DNA of 64,000 nt from Chrysomallon squamiferum (Eukaryota; Animalia; Mollusca): assembly GCA_012295275.1 (NCBI GenBank), contig CM022670.1, forward strand, positions 22,506,001 through 22,570,000. The letters are read 5' to 3'. The position numbers were made by a program, and so were the translations under genes. The notes under the pieces were generated by a model. The model did not search any database, was not told the DNA's origin, and saw nothing but the letters and a program-made list of their open reading frames with translations. This document shows, in pieces, positions 54,629-64,000 of this stretch; within the stretch, counting starts at the first letter, position 1; each line of letters opens with the position of its first letter.

Positions 54629-55592
54629 CGTTCTCACATATAATTCCATTAAGTTGTTGTGTTGAAGATCTGGGTTGTGAGGCACGGGTGTGATTATTGT
54701 TCGTGTGTTAGGATTGTTTCAGTGGGGGCGAATGTCCTGATGTGTCTAATAAATAATATGCGTGTGTATCCCATAGATTATAGTTTGTATGGAACGTGAA
54801 AAACCGGTATTGTCTGTGGAGTTTAGATAAAGATTATAACTGAAAAGAAATGAAAAAGTAAAACTTCAACACATTAAATGCATCGATCCCCTCCCTGCCC
54901 CGCAATATACACAATACATTTGGCATGAACTAGAAATCTTCTGTTTAGTATTTCGCTAAAAGGTATTCTGTTTTGGAACAAGAGATTTTAAAATTGTTTA
55001 TTATATTATTTTATTAAATAAAATCCATTTTCTTTTCCCTTATAGTGAGCAAACCTAGGTTTTGTATGATATTAGGAAACCCTAAATGTTTTATATTTAG
55101 TTTTCACCATTTTTTTTATTTTTTAAATTTATATATTTATTTGTTTAATTATTTTTTGTTGTTGTTTTTGTTTCGTTGTTTCTTCTCCAGATATTTTATA
55201 TTATATATTCAATAAAAAAAAAATCACCAACGTTATCTGTTCACATAATTATAACCTGCTTGTACGCCTTCTTGGTATTGCTTCTAGTCAAAATACTAGT
55301 GTAACATCGCTTGTAGTTTGACATGTATGCAACCTTATTTATGTTTTTAAAAAAATTACATTTTCAAAAAGTTTTATTATTTACAAATGCAACTGTTATT
55401 ACGTTTTGTTTAAGAGTCGATGTAATCATGTAACTGTAAATACTGGATTTATGTTTGCTAGGTACGTGTCGGCAGTTCCACACAAGCCTTCAGTTGTTGA
55501 GCAATTTTATTAAAAACATCCGTATAAATCCACTCTGTGTTTCCTTTTGTTTTCGGTGCTTACATCTAATTTTGTTGTACGTGAAGTATTAT

Positions 55593-55661
55593 CAGGGGCG
55601 GACTGGCACTCCCCTCGGCACACCCATCAGATTTCGAAAAAAACAACAACAGAAAAAGAGA

Positions 55662-55692
<31 letters not shown>

Positions 55693-55848
55693 TACGTAAA
55701 TTATGAAACGTTAAATAAGGCTTAAAATTTTTGCTTTTATTTGAGATCATTCACTGCGTCTATGGATTAAGTGAGATCTTTTGGACTTTTTTCAGTTTGC
55801 CCTTTTATAAGTTCTCCCGATATAAATTTTACATCCAGTCTGCCACTG
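55593..55848. mobile_element. hAT-type MITE (~256 bp)
   Basis: TIRs CAGGGGCGGACTGG / CCAGTCTGCCACTG (12/14 match), 8-bp TSD agtattat/attattat (7/8). Confidence 0.75.
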
Positions 55849-56355
55849 ATTATTATGTCAGTATCTGTATTTAGATTAATATTAACAAAAAATAATTTAA
55901 AAAAAAATTAAATGAAAAAAAAAAAAAAAAACTAAAAAGAAAAAAACTGTTTACAGATTGAAAACGGTAAGATTTTAAACTGATAAAAGATTGGCCAGAT
56001 TAATTCGTTTGACTGTTGTGTCCACTGTCTGCCATTAACAGTCTGTAATAAAGATACGACTTAATAACGTTACAATACATCGAATCTGCCTGACATTTCC
56101 TTCCCTTAATATTATTCTGAGGAATAAATGTTATAAAATACACAGTTTACATACGATAAGCCACAACATTTATTTTTTAATTTTTTTTTTTTGACACAAG
56201 TCTTGCGGATACCAAATTGATCTCATTAACGTCAGCCGATCAGCGATCAGTTGTAGTCATCGTGGTAGAGACCATCACTGAAATTTTGTCTCCAGGCGTT
56301 TGAATTTTTATGAAGCATAATGTTCAGTCGACTTCAGATTTATTTTTCTTCCTAA

Positions 56356-57576
56356 AATAATAAATATTTTAAAGTAAAAGTTATTCTAAACTGTATTTTA
56401 ATTTTCCATATGATTCATTAAAATTCTTTTCATAGGTTATTAACGACCGCTGTCATTTTGTGATTAATTAACAGACCTCATCCAGCTCATCCATCCTCCG
56501 TCTCTCTGGTAAATTATTAATGTCCATTGTGACAGAGTCACTTGTCAAAATGAGATCGTCATTTAATATTTATTTAACATTAGCTGTGTAAAGATTAATG
56601 TGCACTGCGATCACTAATAATAATATATTTTAATATCCTTTCGAGCTAGTGACTTCCATCCTCCCCATACAGCTTTGGCACGTATCTGCTCCGTCCCGTC
56701 AGTGTGTTTATCTCTTTATTGATTGTACATCCGACCCAAGTATAGGCGCCGCGTTTCTGTTGGTTTTGCCCAGTGTTGGCCATTGCCTGCCATTAACCAG
56801 ACATCGATTGAAATCATTATATGAATGAACGACAGGCAGAAAAAACTGACGAGGGACCCTAACTTTGATTGCCAATTCCAAAGAGGGAAAGTAGTGTTAG
56901 CGTATTAGTCAAATTGATATCGCCTCGCCCGGATTTTGAATAGTACACCAAAATGACATATCCAAAGACGGCCAACAACACGTCGCCGAATGCAGAACTC
57001 GATTCAAAGGAATTGCTAATCATGATTCAAACAAGACGCACGTTGTAATTTATTTTTGGAAGCGAAACAGCAGCAATCCAACAGCAATTAGGTATATTCC
57101 AAACACGTTACGTTTTTTTTTTCCCTCGTAAATTATATAAATAGGTAAAGCACATGCAGAAGCTTCAATAGTCGTTATCAAAAATAATATAATTTTTTAT
57201 TTTTTTAAAATTATTACTGAAGTAATTTAATTTAATTATTAATAGACTGAATTCAGCTGCTGCTCTATTAATGAAAATATTTTTTTCTTTCTTTTTTTTT
57301 TGTTTTTTTTAATTGTGCAATTTATTATGTTAATCAACCAATTATATGTTTATATTTAAGTGAGAACATTTAAAGCTTAATTGTTTCAGCACTTACCAGA
57401 GCTATTTTACTATTTCAACTTCCACCTTGTGCTCCCTTAAAGGATTCAAATGTGAAATAATTATGTGATGAATAATAAATACTGAAGAATAATAAATACT
57501 TTAAAGTAAATGTTATTCTAAATTGTATTTTAATTTTCCATAAGATTCATTTAAAATTCTTTTCAAAGGTTATTAA
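56356..57576. repeat. ~88-bp direct repeat pair (56356-56443 and 57488-57576)
   Basis: aataataaata.tttaaagtaaa.gttattctaaa.tgtattttaattttccata.gattcatt..aaattcttttca.aggttattaa is present twice with few mismatches. Confidence 0.9.
56640..57100. promoter_or_regulatory. CpG-rich promoter-like island
   Basis: Locally GC/CpG-rich. CCAAT at ~56871, TTTGAA/TTCAAA hexamers at ~56935, 57003, 57025, possible donor TAG|GTATAT at ~57092. CpG depletion starts just downstream. Confidence 0.4.
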
Positions 57577-58006
57577 TGAAGTTTTAACCTCAGAAGGTTA
57601 ATTAACTGCTCCCTTTTTGCAATAAAATGTTACAGTCTTGAATATGATCAAACCTTCCTGTAGGATCCGTAACATTTTTGCATCTGCACCAGTGCCAGTG
57701 ACTGGTCTGTTTACCAAAAAGAACTCTTGCTGCCAGTGGAAAATTACAATAAGTTTTCTCTCACAAGGGCTCAGTTGGGAATACTTTTAGCCAGATTGTT
57801 GAAAATAAAGAAAACTCTGCTCAATGTCTCATACATGTTCCATCACAGAGAATCGAGCACACATAAACATTAGCTTGCAAGCTTCTGTTGGAAAGCAGTT
57901 TCACTTGACAAGACCAGAGCATGAGGCCCAGTTATCAGATCTAATTTGACTTGAAGCTGGACTTTGGAATACATGTCTACCAGATGGCAATTAATAATTA
58001 TATTAA

Positions 58007-58054
<48 letters not shown>

Positions 58055-59691
58055 CATCCAAGAATAAGACACAAAAAAAAATTAATAACATAAATGTTGA
58101 GGATAGGTTTTCTTGGGGTTTTTTAAATGCAGGTAATGAACCATTTATCCAGTTTTCAGAAATTTGGAACATCCAGAAAACCAGATATTCTTTAAACTGA
58201 CTACTTTTGAATTATTCACATTTTCTTTTAGTTTCCATGACAACAATTCAAGTGAGAGTGTTGCTGTGTATTATTTGTTTCAATTTACTCTGATTTTCAT
58301 TTATTACCATATCTAAAACACACATATTAGTGAAAAGCGTATTCTACACAGGAATTTTAAGTGGATTAAGAAAAGACAAACAGACACTCCTTTATAAGTG
58401 CATTCTTTCTTCTTTTTCATTGTTTATTATATATTTTAAGTGAAAATTAAGACTGAATCCAAAAATCCAGACCACCTCTAGTCCCAAGCTTGCTAGATAA
58501 ATGGTTTGGTATCTGTCTGTATAAAGTTATTTATAAAAAAGTGTCTGAAAGGTTGCAGTGCAGTTATATTTGTTTTATCAACAACAACAAAAGAAATATA
58601 CACAGTATAGTTTCCACCAAGAAAATATGTTTTTTAACAATAAAATAATTTATACTTCAGTAAGTTTACTTCTTTTTAATTGTTAATTTTTTAAAATTTT
58701 CATTATTATTATTATTATTATTATTTAAATATGATCTAAATACAAATGATTCCTGACATTTAAATTAAAATGTTTGTTAATTCATGAAAAGCAACTGATA
58801 ATGTCCTGAAATGTCTAACAGAGTACAGTGAAGTTAAACAGGATTATCAACAACTGTTTCTTCTTATACTGAAAAAAAACCCCAAAACCCCCAAAACATT
58901 AGTATTTTATTTAAAGGACTAAACAAAAACAAAACATGTTTCCAGTAAAGAGTGACTTAAAAGTATTACAAAATCATATTTGAAAATCTCAGTTAATATC
59001 ACTTTCTTGACTATTATATTGCATTTAAAGTTATTTATTTTCTTTTCATTTATTAATTTTATTTTTAATTTATTTCTTCTTATAATTTGTTTATTCTCTT
59101 TAATATTCCATTAGCTATAAAAAGACAGAAAATAACTGAAATGATTGCAAGTCATCACATGTACATACTGGATTTACAATAAACAATTCTGAAAGTGTCT
59201 ATAAATCCATATCACTGTGCTATGGTGACATTACTGTAAAATCAAAGTAAATCCATATCTATGCAATTATAATCTTAGTATACAACCATTTCATTTCTAA
59301 ACTTGTTTTCTCAAAAGCTTCTGGATATTCTGTGTACCTGTAAATAAATTAACTAACCTGAAACAAGATAACAGCAAAAAGAAGAGGACCCCCCTCCAAA
59401 AAACAAAACCCCCAAAACAAATGGCCAATAAAAAAAACCTAAACATCAGACAAATAATAATAACTATGGATTTGTAGTATTGAAACAGCAATAAAGAACA
59501 ATATTTAGCTATACATTTTTATTTAGTTTAATTGTGAAATAATATTTCCATAAATTTTAATAAACAATGATTAAATTAAGAAAAAAAATATATATATATG
59601 AATAGTTATCAAATCACTTTTGAACTGTAATACATTTACAAGAAAATAAAATTTGCATTGTTTAGCTATCAGCTATGATATGACCACATAC

Positions 59692-60883
59692 TTCAATCCC
59701 ATCATTCTTCACATCCTCCAACTTGTTTTTCAGCAAGGCTAGCTGTCTGGCTGTGTCTTTTCTTTCCTGCAGTCATCTTGTCTTTAAAATACAACAAACT
59801 GGTATCTATTCCAGTTAATCTCACATTGTTTACTATACTTGAAACATAAAAGCTGATTGAAAAATGAATTAAAAAATACAAATTATATAACCATTAATAT
59901 TGAAACTTCTATTCTCATCCAACAGCCAATTTTATTTTTTGTGCTGGAGTGTTAAACATTCTATTAATTCTCAAATATTGTGTCTCATGGAGGTAATAAG
60001 GTAATATCCTTTCTTTTTTTTCATCATACCAGCAATTTTCAAGACTTGGTTCCCAAATTCAGATAAATATTATTTCTTAGACTATTGCCATGACATGTTC
60101 CTTTGTTGCTAGAAGAAATTCAACAATATATGAAAATGTGCAAAGTTTATAAATCTGGCAAGGGTTATAGAATTATAATGCTTGTTTTCTAATAATAATT
60201 GTAAAGAATACAAATTTATTATAAGTCAAACCTTTGGTAATCATCACCTGCATAGGGGCTCTTGTTTCCTAGAACAGGAAAAATTGGTATATTTTGAAAT
60301 TGTATGTGTAAGAGATTATTAATATTTTATAACTGATTCACCTCATTGTAACAGACATGTGGTATAGAATCTGTAAAATATTCATTTATTTTATTATTTA
60401 GTTAATTTTCAGAGACACAAAATCTATATACAATTTATTAGAATTTATATAGAATTTATATTAAATTTGGTAATGCACATTTTTAGCTTTCTTTAAAATA
60501 AAATAAATATATAGGCTTTTAACAAAAAACTAATAAAAAAGTCAGTGACTATTTATCTAAATATTCTGTAAATAAATTATAATTAATACAATGTTGAATA
60601 AAATTATTTAAAAATTGAACCAAATTACTAAATAGACAATATACTTTAGAATAATTAGCTATTCCCTGTTGTTTTCGTTACTTCAGAACCGGTATAAAAT
60701 TAAACCCTGCTACTCAGTATACAGGACAAAGTCTGGTTTGGATGTATAGAGTTCATTCTAAATACAACTGATGTGACTAGTTTCCACATTTAGTTTTCAA
60801 AGATGTCTTGAGTTTTCTGATGACACAACTCAATGGTTATACCCAGTATACAGTATTTTATTTATTTATTTATTTACAGTATT

Positions 60884-60918
<35 letters not shown>

Positions 60919-60975
60919 TTATTATAAACTACTTACGATTGCACATGATGCTATTTTCTGGAGGAAAGCGCAACC
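59692..60975 (-). CDS. Candidate minus-strand small-exon gene or gene remnant; exons 60975-60937, 60370-60342, 60268-60248, 59766-59692
   Basis: Four AG/GT-bounded exons (39, 29, 21, 75 nt) splice into one open frame: LRFPPENSIMCNHSIPHVCYNEETRAPMQERKDTARQLALLKNKLEDVKNDGIE. No family recognised; the acceptor of the 75-nt exon is weak. Confidence 0.4.
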
Positions 60976-61544
60976 CTAACAAAACTAAAATATCCCAAAC
61001 TTCAGAAAATAACAACAATAAAACCATTTAAAATCTCAAAATCTATAAATACTTTTGACAATTTCAGCATCTAGATCGACCGCAGTAACTATTATGCAAA
61101 ATACATGTTGAGTTTCTAAATATTAAACAAGAATTATGTGAAATACATTTAAGACATAACAATTATTAAATTACATAAATTATACTTAAACCTAAAAAAA
61201 AAAAAAAAAAAATCATTTCCACAAAACTTATTTTCTTTTATGTTTATTTTCCTTTTCTTTCTTAGCTAAACACTTAAGAATATTTTATCCTGAAAAAATT
61301 ACTTTTATTCACAAGAAGCTCTAAGTCAGTGATCTATCTCACTCGATTATGGACAAGAGTTCCAATCATGAATCAATGAATCATATACTTTATACATGTT
61401 ATGTTTTAAACATGTCGCATAATTTGTATTATTTTATATTTGAAAAATTAAAAATGTTTGCAGATAATTCTTTTTCACTTTCAAAAATATATAAAAATAA
61501 CTGCTTTGTTTAAAAAGAATAGACAGTATTAGTATACGTTAACA

Positions 61545-61671
61545 TATATGATGTAACAGTTACATCGTCATAAGCGACAGTGTTAATGTTAGTTAACTGT
61601 CCCATGTTCATTTATGTTACGCACCTCTCTGAAGATACGGGATAATAAACGTACGTGCACAGTCTATAAAT
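61545..61671. promoter_or_regulatory. EEF1E1 promoter/5' UTR, possibly bidirectional
   Basis: Small CpG cluster between two CpG-poor blocks, directly upstream of the EEF1E1 ATG. Minus-strand donor AG|GTGCGT at 61624. Confidence 0.5.
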
Positions 61672-61758
61672 ATGGCTGCAGTTAAAGAAGAACTGCAATC
61701 TGTTGCGAAGTATTTTGGTTTGTCTAATATAAATGTAGTACTTGATGGAGGTAGCAAG
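61672..61758 (+). CDS. EEF1E1: EEF1E1/AIMP3 (p18) coding exon 1 (MAAVKEELQSVAKYFGLSNINVVLDGGSK)
   Basis: aatATGG start, donor AAG|GTAAAC phase 0. Resembles the AIMP3 N-terminus and joins exon 2 in frame. Confidence 0.85.
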
Positions 61759-62407
61759 GTAAACCTTTTCATAAATATTGCTCGTAATATTTAATTGGGT
61801 AGTATTTTTCGGTCTCTAGCTGTGATCTGTTCTTCTGTCGTTAGACAAATAATGAATATGAAAATAATTATAATAATTTAATAGATAATAAAATTAATAC
61901 AATTTTTATAAGTAATAAGTAAATAATATAATTATTTAATATGAATTGAATATATATGAAAAAAATCGTTGAGGAGCTAATCCAGGTAACAAAAAAAAGA
62001 AATATTGTCGTAGTCTCCAAGTATTCAGAAGGTTTGATTGTATTACCTAGAAGTTGTAGAACAGTAGAATAATTTGAAGGGCCAGGGGTGGGAGGTTGCA
62101 AATACAGTTTAAAACGATGTATTAATAATACAGTTATTGAGTTGATAGAATTATATATATCCCACTTTTTGTAATCAGTAATCAGTCCAAAAATCAAAGC
62201 ATCTCAAATATTAATTTTTTTCCAGAAATGATATTAAACATAATACGATCTATTACAAATTATGTATGCATCAGTTAACAGTAATAATTTTGTAAGCAAC
62301 ATTATTGTAAATTTATACAAAGTTTATATAAAGTAGAAATGATCAATAATATGTATATTTGCAATGTATTTGACCTGAATTTTTTAAAATAATATTTGGA
62401 TGTTCAG

Positions 62408-62504
62408 GAACCCACTATTCACAGTGCAGGAAACAAAACAGTACGAGGCCATGCTACTATTGTCAAACATCTTGCAAGAACAAGCCATCTTGATCATTTA
62501 CTAG
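62408..62504 (+). CDS. EEF1E1: EEF1E1 exon 2 (EPTIHSAGNKTVRGHATIVKHLARTSHLDHLL-G)
   Basis: ttcAG acceptor, G|GTATGT donor. Matches the AIMP3 segment GxxTIxxHL...YLLG. Confidence 0.9.
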
Positions 62505-62983
62505 GTATGTTTATATTTTTATTTATTATTGACTTTTTAATTTATTTATCTTTCAGATTTGCTGTTACATTTTTATTACATCACTATATCATTTAAAAAT
62601 TATTTAAAAAATAGAAAGTATAATAGGCACTGAAAAGTGATTATTAACAGTATAATTATAATTATTGATAATGAAACATAACTAGATTTTAGTAAAGTAG
62701 TATATGTGAAGAAAATATACGTTTGACTTTGCATGAGGAAATGGGCTTACAAATATTGGATAAAACAATGAAACTGGATACATGTAAACCCATACATCAG
62801 TTTAATGTATTTGAGCAATTTTCCAAAGGTAATGTGGCCTGTTTTGAAAAATTGTTTTGTTTTATATAAAATTCCAATATTTATTTTGTTTGTCATCTTT
62901 GTTAAGAGGGTTATACCTGACTGTGACATATATTTTAAATAATCCTTATCGTGTGATGTTTGTCATTTTAACTGACATTGCAG

Positions 62984-63087
62984 GAACCAGTGCTGAAGAA
63001 AGAGCAGCAATAGAGCAATGGATAGAATACAGAATTTGTTTCATTGACCGATGTTCTTCTGATAAAGATGTTTTAGCCATTCTTGAG
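62984..63087 (+). CDS. EEF1E1: EEF1E1 exon 3 (G-TSAEERAAIEQWIEYRICFIDRCSSDKDVLAILE)
   Basis: tgcAG acceptor, GAG|GTGATG donor. Matches the AIMP3 GST-like segment TAEEKAIVQQWLEYR. Confidence 0.92.
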
Positions 63088-63395
63088 GTGATGAATGACA
63101 GTTATTAACATTTTGGTCTTCCACATTTTTGTTAATAAAATATATATTTAAGATAAGGGATTTATGTCATTAAAATAATTCTTTCATTTGATTTGCTTTA
63201 AAAAAAAAAAAAAAAAAAAAAGATTTAAATTAACATTTTCACTGGGTTTTTATTCTTTGTGGGGTTTTTTGTGCAAAGAAAAATGTTTATAAGAGTTTAA
63301 ATTTTGTTCAGTATATATTTTCTTTTTCAAAGTTTTCAACAGAAATTTGATTATAAGTAAATGTTTATTTATAACATTTTATTTTATTTTTTCAG

Positions 63396-63491
63396 GAGCT
63401 GAATGCTTATCTTTCAGACAAAGTGTACTTTGTAAGCAATCGTCTGTCACTTGCAGATATTGTAGTGTTTCATGGCTTACACTGCATTATG
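63396..63491 (+). CDS. EEF1E1: EEF1E1 exon 4 (ELNAYLSDKVYFVSNRLSLADIVVFHGLHCIM)
   Basis: ttttcAG acceptor, ATG|GTATGT donor. GST-C N-capping motif SLADI; matches LNSYLEDKVYL...TLADI...GLH. Confidence 0.93.
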
Positions 63492-63916
63492 GTATGTCTG
63501 TTTTTACACTGCTTTGTTCTCCATTTTAATTACATATTAATGTTTCTTTATTATCTGATTCAGTAAATGAATAAATAAATAAATAAATGTTTAACATTTT
63601 AATGGTATGTAATTTAAGAATTCAGAATGTAAATCAATTGCAACCTATTTTTATGCATTATAAGTAAACAACATTATACATGTACCTTTTATCAGACTGC
63701 AAGTCTTATACTATGTTTAAGTTCTGGAGCTCTTGTAAATTGTAGCCAGTTCCACTACATTATTATGGTACCATAGCATTATTCCTAGTATCCAAGTAAC
63801 AAAGTATGCCTTAACAATTAAAAAATGTTTTGGCATGGTCATAACTTTTTATTAACATAAAAATTGTATATATCATTAGATATTCTTTTGATTATTGTAT
63901 AACTGTTATTTTTCAG

Positions 63917-63976
63917 AATGATATGTCTCATCAGGAAAAAGAAAAATTTATTCATATATCAAGATGGTTTAGCAAT
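63917..63976 (+). CDS. EEF1E1: EEF1E1 exon 5 (NDMSHQEKEKFIHISRWFSN); gene continues beyond the window
   Basis: tttcAG acceptor, AAT|GTAAGC donor. Matches QEKEKYLNVSRWF. Confidence 0.92.
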
Positions 63977-64000
63977 GTAAGCTTCAATTTATGGTAATTT

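Noticed and set aside
59150-60250. Box C-like RTGATGA motifs on the minus strand (possible snoRNA host gene)
   Set aside because: Two coincide with splice donors, and I found no suitably spaced box D with a terminal stem.
61625-61772. Minus-strand ATG ORF overlapping EEF1E1 exon 1 that is phase-compatible with the hidden minus-strand exons
   Set aside because: It largely mirrors EEF1E1 coding sequence and would need a TSS inside EEF1E1 intron 1; probably coincidental, so not called.

Overview
AT-rich, microsatellite-dense animal genomic DNA with spliceosomal introns. An invertebrate, possibly a mollusc or other lophotrochozoan, is my inference from composition and mosaic CpG depletion. Most ORFs in the supplied track are microsatellite or chance artefacts. 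Reading splice sites by hand gives four main elements. (1) A ~43 kb plus-strand gene (~9.0-52.4 kb) for an uncharacterised, probably lipid-anchored protein ending KDKKKRKCCTIM (CaaX, paralemmin-like tail). It is built from one common terminal exon plus several alternative first exons and 24-120 nt cassette exons, all joined by phase-2 introns. A PP1-type RVxF motif is assembled across an exon junction. (2) The first five coding exons of EEF1E1/AIMP3 (61672 to window end). (3) A candidate minus-strand small-exon gene head-to-head with EEF1E1 in a strongly CpG-depleted block. (4) Two hAT-type MITEs, a minisatellite and local duplications. All exon models are sequence-only predictions and need RNA-seq confirmation.
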